Source of the DNA: Octopus bimaculoides | Lineage: Eukaryota | DNA length: 64,000 nucleotides | NCBI RefSeq assembly: GCF_001194135.2 | Contig: NC_068984.1 | Coordinates: forward strand, 132,313,248-132,377,247 | Reading direction: 5' to 3' | Part shown: positions 52,617-64,000 of the stretch, in pieces | Position numbering within the stretch: the stretch's first letter is position 1 | Layout: each line of letters starts with the position of its first letter | Made by a program: the position numbers and the translations under genes | Notes under the pieces: generated by a model | What the model was told of the DNA's origin: nothing | Databases searched by the model: none | What the model saw: the letters and a program-made list of their open reading frames with translations, nothing else

Positions 52617-52709
52617 ATGTCTTTACTAAATGGCAGTGGGTCCCCTAAGAAGAGGAAAGTTGTACAGGTGATACTCTTAAGTGGGGCTGAATTCAAGACA
52701 TATGTAGAT
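52617..52709 (+). CDS. First coding exon of an N-terminal FERM-domain protein (FRMD6/FRMD1/Expanded or PTPN13/FRMPD2-like)
   Basis: The exon opens at a strong acceptor (ctgat branch-like motif 52523-27, pyrimidine tract, tacag|G at 52554/52555). ATG 52617 has A at -3 and an in-frame upstream TAA (52575-77). It encodes MSLLNGSGSPKKRKVVQVILLSGAEFKTYVD and ends at a phase-0 donor GAT|gtaagt (52709/52710). RKVVQVILLSG resembles the first beta-strand of FERM F1. Confidence 0.85.
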
Positions 52710-53796
52710 GTAAGTTTTATTCTTACTACTTTTGCTGCTTCGTGTCTGTGCAGTTGTTGCATATCTTGCTGCAAGGGTGCAAACGATAGCTTGTGTATAT
52801 ACTAAAGTGACAGACTGACTGACTGTGTGTGGTGAGGCTTCACAGTTGAGTAGTTGTGAGATATTGGTCTGTTAACCCTTGCTCTGGTTGAGTCACTGAT
52901 CTGCTGCAGTACCACTTACCCAACCCACAGAGCTAATAATGATTGTTGTTGCTGTTGTATTTTAGCCCCTGCTCCACCCTGGTCATCTTTGCTTGGACAC
53001 TCCTTTGATCAAAAGCATTCCAACGTTGACCATTGTATTTTTCTTTCAAGCACAATATATCTAGGTATACATTGTCTAATTTGTCTTTTTTTTTTTATGA
53101 TGTGAAAGGAGGGAAATTTAGCTGCTATTTCTAAACAAGTCAAACAACCTTATAGAGACTTGTTGTTGTTGAACTTTATTATATCTACAAGGGAAAAGGA
53201 TCATACACATGATTTTTACTCAACCAGGGAGTCAGCAAGGAATCTTTTATATGATACTGCTAGAAATAGCAGTCAAATCTCCCTTAAATCACATTCATCG
53301 CTATATACTGTACTTCTACATATGTTATTTTCATAAAACAATAGAATGGGTGTTTATGAAACACCTTTAGTCATAAACCTATTAAACCAGGACTGACCTG
53401 AGGCCTAAATGATACCAGAAACAGCAGTATTTATATTTGTCAGAATTCACACTTTTTAATAATTGATGTTTAATTACTTAAATCATATTACTGAACAACT
53501 TCCTGACTATGTTTCTAACAAGCCAACTTCCTATTGTGCTTTAATTACTTTTCAATATAATTAGACATTGGAGTAGCTTACTGAAATGTTGGCAACATCA
53601 TAAATTGTTATACATAAAATGGATCTAGGTTCTGGAGTCTCATGTTGTTAGTGCTAGGTCGGCATTATGTTCCTTCACACATTAGCTTATCAGAATAAGT
53701 GTGGTATCATAATTAAACATCGTTTGTGTGTTCTTAAAAATAGAAAAAAATATCTTTAGACTGCATTTTTGAATGAGGTACAATAATAGGAACGTT

Positions 53797-53827
<31 letters not shown>

Positions 53828-53839
53828 ATGTATATATTG

Positions 53840-54027
53840 GTTTCAACAATTTTGCAAGGAGAGAGTAAGCCGGTTACATCAGCCCCAGTACTCAACTGGT
53901 ACTTATTTGACCAACCCCCAAACAGATGAAAAGCAAAGTCGCTCTCGGTGGAATTTGAACTTAAAGATAAAGGAAATGCTGCTAAGAATGTTACCTAATG
54001 TGCTAACAATTCTGCCAGTTTGCCTCA
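53840..54027 (-). mobile_element. Another tRNA-derived SINE family (G)
   Basis: Minus-strand head GGCAAACTGGCAGAATTGTTAGC..GTTCAAATTCC with body ACTTTGCTTTTCATC..AAATAAGTACCAGTTGAGTACTGGGG. Related copies near 11690-11800, 21290-21430, 27551-27770, 28640-28720, 41020-41150, 56995-57180 and 61250-61680. Confidence 0.65.
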
Positions 54028-54036
54028 TATATATAT

Positions 54037-54337
54037 GGGCCGACCAAAGCCTTGTGAGTGGATTTGGTAGACGAAAACTGAAAGAAGCCCGTCGCATATA
54101 TGTATATATATGTGTGTATGTGTGTGCATGTTTGTGTGTCTGTGCTTGTGCCCCCAACATCGCTTGACAACCGATGCTGGTGTGTTTACGTCCCCGTAAC
54201 TTAGCGGCTCATAATAAGTGACCGATAGAATAAGTACTAGGCTTCAATGAATAAGTCCTGCGGTCGATTTGCTCGACTAAATGGCGGTGCTCCAGCATGG
54301 CCGCAGTCAAATGACTGAAACAAGTAAAAGATAAAAG
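54037..54337 (+). mobile_element. Young-looking 5'-truncated SINE family C copy
   Basis: Retains many CpGs (GGCGGTGCTCCAGCATGGCCGCAGTC); lies in the intron between the two coding exons. Confidence 0.85.
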
Positions 54338-54695
54338 ATATATAGAATAACACTCACGCAAACATTATTAACAATACAGATCACTACGACCATCAACAGG
54401 TCAATGTCAGGACACCTAACCAATTAACACTGCTACTATCATAGCACTCCTTCTTCGAACCCAAAAGAGTTAACAAGTGAAACAGAGACATGCAGAAACA
54501 AGAAAAATGCCGCTGTTACTTGAATACTATACAAATACGTCTTTAAAAAGACTTTTCTTTTAAATTTACCAAAATTTAATTTTTCAATAATTTTTCAGAA
54601 ATCTATNNNNNNNNNNCCCTTTCTCCCTACACACACACAGTGAAAGTATATATATATATATACATATGTACATACACACACACACATCCTTTCTC

Positions 54696-54726
<31 letters not shown>

Positions 54727-55182
54727 ACTTACACATTCATAAACAATAAGTAGGCGTATCCAGTATATCATGTAAAAGACCACAGTGATAAAGATGATGT
54801 TTTATTGCTGACATCAAAAGCAATTCAGGTGGAAAAACATTAAAAGGCAGATAAACAAACAGAAGTTGTGTAGACCTGAATTGGTTGCATTCTGTGGCCT
54901 GGTGGTAATTTGCAGTTATTTGATAAGAACAAGTATATATCTGGAGAAATGAACGTTGAACAATTTAAAACATTTTCCAAGCACTCTAACAGCTAGAGCA
55001 GTGGTTTCCAACGTTTTTTTTAAAAACCTATTTAAAACATTTGTTTCCTGTTTTACTTGGGTGGACCCTTATAGCCATTCACTGTTTAAAAAAAGTCCTA
55101 CTATATTTTTATAATTAGATATGAGGAATTGTATAAAAAAAATTGTCAAAATATTTTTATGTTGTAGAAATAGAAATGAAAT

Positions 55183-55548
55183 GGCACTCTGTTGCTCACA
55201 ATGCCAAGGGTTCCAGTTGATCTGATCAATGAAACAGCTTGCTCCTGGAATTAACCCTTTCGTTACCAACCCGGCTGAAACCGGCTCTGGCTCTGTAGTA
55301 CAAATGCCTTGTCATAAGTTTTGAATTAAAATCTTCCACCAAACAATTTATGTTCCTAACACTAGCTGAATGACAACTAAGTTATTTTACTGAATTCTTT
55401 GTTATATTTAAAATTAATTGAAAGAAACACAGAACATCTCAAAATAAATACAGTAACGAAAGGGTTAATGTGCAAGTGGTTGAATACTGTTCAGACATGC
55501 ATACCCTTAACGTAGTTCTCAGGAATATTCAGCATGACACAGAATGTG
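55183..55548 (-). mobile_element. SINE tail-1 fragment interrupted by a TTAA MITE
   Basis: Matches tail 1 on both sides of the 55255-55464 insertion. Confidence 0.75.
55255..55464. mobile_element. TTAA-specific (piggyBac-like) MITE, family F
   Basis: Perfect 12-bp TIR CCCTTTCGTTAC, with TTAA on both sides (55251-54, 55465-68), duplicating the single TTAA of the host SINE tail. A one-ended fragment is at 10648-10740. Confidence 0.88.
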
Positions 55549-56308
55549 TAAAATAGGTAAAGGTTGGCTACAGGTAGAGCATCCAGTAATAAAATTGTAC
55601 CTCAAATCTATATCCTAGCTCTATACTAGCATGGCATTGATTGAACAAGACTTATCTAATATGTCCTTGCTTTTTTTTTTTTAAATGATAGGGTATGATT
55701 GAAAGGAGTTTGGGTTCACATTTCTTATGACTAAAGCAACCACAAATGTTGCAGGTGCTCCCGTAGTTCTTCAGATTAAAATTATGTATGTGCATGTTGT
55801 GTGCAGCAGTCTGGGAGGCCCAGCCTTTTTTCTTCTTCTGTGAGTGTGTTATGTCACACTGTGCAAAGAAGTGCAGTACCCACAGACTTTATAGGACTTA
55901 CTAGGTTGGTGAGGCTAGAATGGTGAATACTTTCAGGGAACCTGTGGCCTAGTAGGGTGTTTTTTCAGAAGGTTGTAAATAAACCTTAGGAGAAAGGGTT
56001 TAGGTGGTGGTAAGAGGTGAGTAATGAAAGAAGACAGTAATCAGAATTTTTTCTTTTTTCTATATAAGGGTTTTCCATTAGTGTGTGTGTGTGTGTGTGT
56101 AGCAGCTGTTTCATACCTTACAAAAAAAATTTGTATTAGATATGTGCTATTATTACGAAATGGCTGTGTGGTTAAGAAACTCACTTTGCAACTACATAGT
56201 TTGGGTTCAGTCCCACTGCATGGCATTGGAGCAAGTGTCTTCTGCTATAGTCCTGGCTGACCAGTACATTGCAAGTGAATTTGATTGATGGAGAAACTAT
56301 GAAAACCA

Positions 56309-56345
<37 letters not shown>

Positions 56346-57761
56346 TTGGGGGGTGGTTGTNNNNNNNNNNTATTTGGGGGGTGGTTGTCCCCCCCCACAC
56401 TGTGCTTGACAGTTAAGTTCAAGAAAAGGGACTAATAGAATAAATACCCAGATTTTAAAAAATACTGGGGTCAATTTGTTTGACTAAATCCTTCAAGTTG
56501 GTACCCCAACATGGCCACTGTCCAATGACTGGAACAAATAAAAGAAAAGATAAAAAAGTGAATGTGAGTTTTGAATGGCAGATGTAAGTGTAACATAATT
56601 TTAGTTTTAACCTTCAACCTCAGATCAAATCACCATCCAAGATTATTTAGTTATTGGTCTGTGAAATAAGATGTAATTGAAACAAAACACAGGTACTAAG
56701 TTTAGACCTTTTGATACAAAACCTGCCTGAGACCACCTTTTGATCACATGTAAATAAATAGTAATAAATAAATGAATAAATTTATTAATCCAATTTACAT
56801 TGAATATTTTTTAATTGATTATAATAAGTAAAGATTACACAAAAAAAAAATCTTTTTTTCAGAAATTGCATAAAAAATTGGATTAAGCCCTTTGGTTGTA
56901 AACCAGTTCACCTCTGTTTAGTTTGTGTCCTGTGTTACCAACATGCCATGTAATCCATATTTAAGTGCACATGTCTAAATTAATGGCAGTGAATTAGCAG
57001 TATTTGTTAAAACTTGGGATAGAATATATTATGGTTATTCCTCTTGTGGTCGAATCTCACTGTGGTCAACTTTGCCTTTCACTCTCTCATGGATGATTAA
57101 GTACCAGTACTGGGATAAATAATTATTATTAAGGCAGTGAGCTGGCAGAAAAATCATTAGTACACAGGACAAAATGCTTGGCCACAGTCAAATGACTGAA
57201 ACAAGTAAGAGTAAAAGAGTAATACTTTGTAAAATGGAACAAATAGTAGATTCATTGACACCAAACTCACAGCCCACAGCAGCAAAGCTTCCACCATCAT
57301 GTAATTTCTTGATCATCTCTACCTTTCCCTGTAGAGAATACAGTCATCTACATTGTTTGTTAGAATCAGATGCCTTTGTATATTTTCTTTTCTCTGGTCC
57401 CATGTTGATTAGTACGAGTACATAAGATCTGTATAAAAAATATGCAGCCTTGCAGTACAGTCATGTAAACACAAATGATAATCAGTGCATTCTGGGTAGC
57501 TGAACATCGTGGGTGGTCGCTGGGGCAAGTTTTTGCAGTACAAGCAGATTCTTTGACTGATTGCCGACCCTACGCATAGCATGGTTCATAATTGAGTGTA
57601 CCTTGTTATCCTACATCAGTGATGATGTGGCCACATGTATACACTACTATTCCTTAATCCTACTGTAACTGTGCAGTTAAGTGAACTATTGCATGCATGT
57701 GCAACTGTTAATCTCTTTTACCTTTCCATATGTGTGTGTGTGTGTGTGTGTATACATATAT

Positions 57762-57830
<69 letters not shown>

Positions 57831-59059
57831 AATTTAAGGATTGGAGAAAACGCATGTTATAATTGCATACTTTATTCCTACATATGTTTCAAAGGATTAC
57901 AACCTGTGTGATCCATATTAAAATTGTAGCCTTCTCATCAGAGAAAGCATGGGAATCATCTTAAACGTAAGACATTATGATCGATTATGAAAACAATAGA
58001 TGGATAAGGTTATGACTTGATTCATTTGAGAAAAACCGTTAGAGAATTGGACGCTGCCGGATAGTGGTTTGGACAACACATACCAATCAATGTGTAAGAG
58101 CGTACATGCAGTTTGAGGAAGGAAATAACATAAGTGTTTGGCTTGATTATTCATGCTGCACATATGAGGTGCATCTAGGAATTTTATTATATATTGTGGG
58201 ATTATGTGTTACCGAATTTTGAAGTATACGTAACAGATAAAGTAAAGGAAAGTCTAGTTCAGTCCCATGTTCTCAGCCTTCCTCTTGCTTACATGGAAGG
58301 GAAAACCTTTTATGATATCATAATTGTAACGTTATCTCTAACTTCTTAGTCATGATTAGTACAAGCGAAACCGGTCAGCTATGTAAATATTTTAGTTCAT
58401 AAAAATATTTTGTCCAACATAAAATTTCAGTGCATTTTCCTTTTTATATTTTTCACTACAATTCACCACATGGGAAGGGACTGAATATTTTAGTGTGTGT
58501 GTGTGTGGTATTTGTGTTTTCATTCAAAAATACAGTACTCCATACGCATTGTGTTAAACGTGTGTTGAGTATTATTTCAGACTTCCCAATGAATATAATT
58601 AGTTTCATGAAACCTTTAAATATGACGGAGTGAATCCAGTTTAACAACACTCAAATGTGTGTGTGTGTTTTATATGTGAAGCTGTGTTATTTTCCCTTTG
58701 CTAAATTTGACATTGGCTTCTGTAATCTCTTAATTTTGAAATATGAGTGGAATCTAATTTTAACAGGTAGACTTAGGTATGCATTTATATTCTTTTCTTA
58801 AGGCTACACAATGACTGTAGTAAAGTTTTGAACTCATGACCCATCATATTAACTTTATATCACTGAGTTTCATATTATATATATATTTGCCCATATACAT
58901 CATCTTTACTCTACAGATCTTTCTTGTTTGCTTGTGTGCTCAGGTAGGTGTGTGGACAGTGGGGCTACATTAATAATTGTATTTTATTTTAAAAAAATAT
59001 ATAACTGCCTTTTTAAAACTGGTTTGCTAGCAGCTGTAACTATTATTTTGTTGTTTCAG

Positions 59060-59150
59060 GTCAAAGCTAAATTCCATGAGGTTTTCAATGCAGTTGTCAT
59101 TCAGCTTGGATTAAGAGAGACTGAGTACTTTGGATTATCTCTTTTAAAAG
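59060..59150 (+). CDS. Second coding exon of the FERM-domain gene (F1 lobe)
   Basis: Acceptor ttgtttcag|G and donor AAG|gtaact; 91 nt, phase 0 in and phase 1 out. Encodes VKAKFHEVFNAVVIQLGLRETEYFGLSLLK, containing the FERM LGLxExxYFGL signature, and joins the previous exon in frame. I found no next exon before 64000. Confidence 0.9.
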
Positions 59151-60284
59151 GTAACTACAAAGAATATTGTTGAAGTCTTTATAGACACACATAGATATAA
59201 AAAGAGCACTTTTATTTCAACTGTTTCCAAAACAAATATGTCCACAGCAGGTTATCATTTAAATAGATCCTATCAAAAGACAGGTTTCCTCAGAGATTTG
59301 TCTCTAAAATCTTTCTTAATTATTTTTTCCCTGTTTTTCATAGAATTTCAGCACTTCTTTATTTCTTTGTTTGCCATTGTGGTATAGGACAAAAATGTTC
59401 AGTATCAAAGCCAATCAGTGTCTAAAGAATATGCTCCATTGTCAGGGTGGATTATGTTATGAATGGTCTTGTGCTGGGCTTGGATTGACACCAAATAGAG
59501 AATAGTAACATCTGTGAACAATCTAAATGAAATGGTTAGTTTAAAAAAGAAAAAAAAAACAAAAAAAAAACGNNNNNNNNNNAACAATCTAAATGAAATG
59601 GTTAGTTTAAAAAAGAAAAAAAAAACACAAAAAAAACGATACATTTGTCATGGTCATTGTTTTTTTTTTTGCCTCATGTCATCCCTATTGAAGTAGACCT
59701 ATAAATCAAAGCTATTCCAGTTTTGATCATCCCATTCTTTTCGCAGACACAGTGTCTAGGACTGCATTATCTGTCTTTTCTTTTGTAAATGCTAAGGTGT
59801 GATTTGAAGGATATTTGGCTACTATTTCTAGCAAATTGACTCATTACATATAGAAATTCTTTTGTTGGCTTATGGGAAGATATTTTTTAAGTAGTAATGA
59901 TAATTATTTTATTTAGTCCATTTTGCAGGTCACTGATCTGGTCTTTGTTCTGACAGAAATCTGATAGATCATACTTTAAAACTCAAAGACCTGAAATATA
60001 ATCATTCTTAGAGAAAGTGCTGAGGCTTGTAGAAACGATACAAAATGGAGTTAGATGTTTCCCAGTTTTTCAGAATGTTTCTGTGTGTCCTGGCCAGGAC
60101 AATGTAGCAAGAACAAAGACCAACAGAATGAAGCATTTTAGATTCAACTGAAAACTGAGAATGCTGCTACTGTTGATTAGGAAGTCATCAAGATGGTTAT
60201 CGAATGGCAAAAAAGATCTGATTTGTGTTTCATCACTTTGATCAAATAAACTTAAACCTTGGCCACAGTCCCTTTTATTTTTTC

Positions 60285-60640
60285 TTACTTGTTTCAGTCA
60301 TTGGACTACTGCCATGACAGAGCATTACCATGAAGAATTTAATCGAACAAATCAAACCCGATACCTATTTTCAAGTCTGGTACCCATTCTATCAATCCCT
60401 TTTGCCAAATTGCTAAGCTGTGGAGATGTAAGCAAACCAACATCAGTTGTCAAGCAGTATATGTGAGGGGGGATAAACACAAAAAACACACACACACACA
60501 CACATAACAGGCTTGCACATAGTTCCCTTCTACCAAATCCACTTCTAAGGTATTAGTCAGCCCAGGCCTGTAGTAGAAGACACTATCCCAAGGTGCAACA
60601 CAGTGGGTTTGAACCTGAATCTACATGGTTGTGCAAAGTG
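60285..60640 (-). mobile_element. SINE family C copy (diverged)
   Basis: TTACTTGTTTCAGTCATT tail to GGGTTTGAACCTGAA head. Confidence 0.75.
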
Positions 60641-62933
60641 AGCTCCTGAATGACAGTTCCAAATTGTAATTAGGTGCCACAAGTACCAGAACTTAAGAGA
60701 AAGAATGGGATTTCCATGCTGTGACTGACTGATGTCCCACTCAAGAATAGGTGCATGTTTCAACTAGTTAACTCCATGAGAACTAAAGCAAACTCCAGCG
60801 TCTTCCATTCTTTATCGTTAAACTGATGTTGCAGAAGGTTTCACCAAAAAAAAAGAAAAAGCTATTGTGAAGGAGGGTCAACTGAGCAGTGTTAACTGTA
60901 AAGTAAAACCTCTCACATTAGGTGGTCCATGATTGAAAACATGAACAAAAAGTCAGTTGTTACACAGTTCAACATAAAAGAAAAAAGCATTTTAGATATT
61001 TATGAGGAATACACATAAAACCTAGTTCTGGGATCGAGGGTTTGTATTCTACTATTAAAACTGTTTTTGTTCTCTCCCTAGAGCCTCATGCTCTTGACAA
61101 AGGCTTTAACATCATAGCTTTCTATCTCTTTGACTTACAATATTTGGTTTCTTGCTTATGCTGCAATTACTATTATTATTATTATTATTATTATTATACT
61201 TAGTAGAATTCCTAGCACATCAGACAAGTTTTTTCATGGTATTTAGTTAGTAACAGCACTTTGTCTTCAGAGTTCAAATTCTGTCTGGGTTAGCTGTGCC
61301 TTTCATCTTTCCTGGGCTGATAAAATAAGTACGGTTAAGTACTGGAGTTGGGAAGAGGGCAACATAATTAGCTACACATTTTCCCTAAAATTTGTGGCAT
61401 TGTGCCAATGTAAGTTGCCATCATCATCATTAATAATAATAATAATAACAAAAAAAACAATAATAATAATGGTTCCAAGTTTTGGTACAAGGCCAACAAT
61501 TTCAGTGGGAGTGGGTAAGTTGATTGCACCAGCCCCAATACTCAGCTGGTACTTAATTTTGTTGACTCTGAAAGGAAGAAAGGCAATGTTAACCTCGGCA
61601 TTTGAATTCAGAATGTAAGGACAGACAAAATGCCATTAAGCATTTTGCCTGGTATGCTAATGATTCTACCAGCTATTAATAATAATAATAACAATGCCAT
61701 GAAAGACAGTCAATCTTGGTGGAATTTGAACTCAGAGCCTGAAGAGGGGTGAAATGCTGTGAAGCATTTTACCTAGCAATCATTGACCTTGATTCTTTTA
61801 GAATTTAAAATTCAGTACTTCTTCATTTTAATTTTGAATATCCTACTAGAATATATCTCCCTATCGTTCTCAGGCATTTATGAAATAATCACCAGCGATA
61901 ATATAATTTAAATTAATGTTAATATATACTAATTCCTGTACATTGTTATTCATATAAAAGAAAATAGCTTTGTATCTTACTGGTTGTTATTGTTGCTTAA
62001 CCCCTACTTTTTTTTCTTCAAGTGGGTAGAGTGTAAGATTTGAGATGGATTTGGTTGCTATTTCTTGCAGCTCATGCAACATAGGCTTGCTTTGGTTTCT
62101 GGTGATGATCAACAATTGATAGTATTTAAAGTGAGCGAAGTATAATGGTGTTTGAAGTAATTGTGGGTGTAGCATCTGTGCGAGTGTGCGCTGAGAAAGA
62201 CAGGTGGGAAGGAATTACAAGTGTAAACCTTTCCAGCTTAGCAAAGAAAATGAATACGATGGATTATGATGATGATAATCATGTTGTCGTCATCATTCCT
62301 CCTCCTCCTCATCATCATCATCATAACTCTTCTCCAGTTTCATCAAAGATTTCCAAAACATATTTCTGGCATCTTCTTCGTTTACTGTTGTTTCTACAAT
62401 ATACATTATACCATTCTGTTGAGCCGTTAGCATGCTATGACTCATTGGAGCCTCACTCAGGTAGGAGACATCGTAAATCAGATACACATGTAAAAATACT
62501 CCTTCATCAGTTTGGAGTCTTCTGCAGAAGTCAAAATGCTACTGTTAATGCTATTTTCCTGCTAAACTTGTTTGATTTAAACAAGTGGAACTAGCTTTTG
62601 TTTTTTCATCTTTCTCTCTCACACATCTGTCTGTCTGTCTGTCTCTCTCTCTGTATGCCTATTTGTTTCTATGTCTGCCATCTTTGCCTGCCTATCTGTC
62701 TGTCTAGCCATCCATCCAGCTGTCATTAGAATTTAGAAACTCCAAGAGACATAGAATAATTCAATTTTAACAGTGGATCTCAAAAGTAGAAAAAGCCATA
62801 AATAACAGCATGTACATAGTGGGTTAAAAGGCTTTTGGGATAGGAAAAAGAAGGCTGCTCTTGGGACATAGACTCACATCTTCTGTAAACAAACTTCTTG
62901 GAGTTCTACTTTATAAAACTAATTATATAGCTG

Positions 62934-63086
62934 TGTGGAGGCGCAGGCATGGCTGTGTGGTAAGAAGCTTACATGGTTATAGGTTCAGTTCTACTGCGTG
63001 GCACCTTGGGCAAGTGCCTTACTGTGGCCTCTGGCCAACTAAAGTCTTGTGAGTGGATTTGGTAGACAGAAACTGAAAGAAACCTG

Positions 63087-63158
<72 letters not shown>

Positions 63159-63370
63159 CTGTTTCTGTCTGTTTGTTCCCCCATCGTCGCTTGACTACCA
63201 GTGTTGGTGTGTTTGCATCCTTGTAACTTAGAGGTTGGGCAAAAGAGACTGGTAGACTAAGTACCAGGCTTAAAAAGAAAAGAAGTACTAGAGTTGATGC
63301 ATTTGACTAAAAATTCAAGGCAGTACCCCAACATGGCTACCGTCAAATGACTGAGACAAGTAAAAGATAA
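62934..63370 (+). mobile_element. Abundant SINE family C (tRNA-like head, CORE-like GCACCTTGGGCAAGTG, central (TA/TG)n microsatellite, GAAACAAGTAAAAGA tail)
   Basis: Near-full-length copy. Related copies or fragments at about 4570-4862(-), 5680-5810(-), 12875-13030(+), 23270-23430(+), 31060-31260(+), 33400-33545(+), 34965-35120(+), 36005-36150(+), 48238-48372(+) and 56155-56555(+). Confidence 0.88.
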
Positions 63371-64000
63371 GCTACATGGTAAGAAGTTTGCTTCCTAACT
63401 ACATGGTTCTGGATTCAGTCTCGCTGAAGCCTTGTAAGTGGATTTAGTTGAGGGAAACTGAGAGAAGCCTGTTTGTGTGTGTGGGGGGGAGTGAGTGTAT
63501 ACATTTTGCTGTCTCCTTGTCTTGACACCATGTAATAGTTGTAAATGAATGCCATTGTCATACAAACAGTATCATTCATTTTTGATATTCTTTGAGAATA
63601 TGTCTGGCCATGGGGAAACATTACCTTGCTTGGAAACAGGGAAATGTTGGCTACAGGAAAAGCATCTAGCTGTGGAAAATCTGCCTCAAACTCCATTTGA
63701 CCCATGCAAGCACGGAAAGTAGACATGAAAATGATATATATGTATAAACACAAAACTATTGCCAGCTGATAATATGATTAATGAGTTTGTTTGATTTGTG
63801 TTAGACTATTTAGTGAATGGCATCATCATCATCATCATCCAATCTTCTTTGCATCTAGAATTACTGCTTGTTTGCTACAGGTCTTTGAGATCTGACCACA
63901 TAACCTTCCTTCAATGTTAGGTTACATTTACCCCCATGTACCAATATTTAATACAGGCTGTTATCTTTTACTTGGCAACTGCATCTGTATCGAGGAAATG

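Noticed and set aside
59515-59640. Tandem duplication across a 10-N gap (also 56343-56388)
   Set aside because: Near-identical sequence on both sides of a placeholder gap next to homopolymers is a typical unmerged contig overlap.
4609-63753. Most ORFs in the supplied track (HT/CV/YI-repeat peptides, X-run ORFs, SINE-derived ORFs, 62145-62594 His/Pro-rich ORF)
   Set aside because: They arise from microsatellites, N gaps or repeats that lack stops; there are no domain motifs or supporting splice context.
59151-64000. Third coding exon of the FERM gene
   Set aside because: The AG sites I checked (e.g. 59927, 60073, 61875, 62770, 63880) do not yield a phase-1 continuation resembling the expected D/N/G-E-x-x-F/Y segment and hit stops quickly.

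Overview
Eukaryotic, AT-rich, repeat-dense genomic DNA from a short-read scaffold with six N-gaps. The SINE, RTE-tail and MITE families look like those I recognise from octopus genomes; this is inference and was not searched. The only host gene I can support is on the + strand. Its start-codon exon (52555-52709) and next exon (59060-59150) splice to give MSLLNGSGSPKKRKVVQVILLSGAEFKTYVD|VKAKFHEVFNAVVIQLGLRETEYFGLSLLK, an N-terminal FERM F1 lobe of the FRMD6/FRMD1/Expanded/PTPN13 type. The rest of the gene lies beyond the window, and the upstream 52 kb is probably 5'-UTR intron or intergenic sequence. Mobile DNA includes several tRNA-derived SINE families (many with clean TSDs), RTE LINE fragments and tails, a dead 5'-truncated mariner, a hAT deletion derivative, TTAA-, TA- and 8-bp-TSD MITEs, and Penelope-like fragments. 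Top leads: (1) a Penelope-like 3' fragment whose terminal repeat carries a tRNA-like A/B-box cassette directly upstream of a minimal hammerhead ribozyme motif (25924-26414); (2) a start-stop uORF plus an overlapping uORF over the FERM start codon; (3) a ~245-bp near-perfect palindrome inserted with a 12-bp TSD; (4) 2x2 head/tail shuffling among SINEs. Most ORFs in the supplied track are microsatellite or repeat artefacts. All counts and alignments were done by eye.
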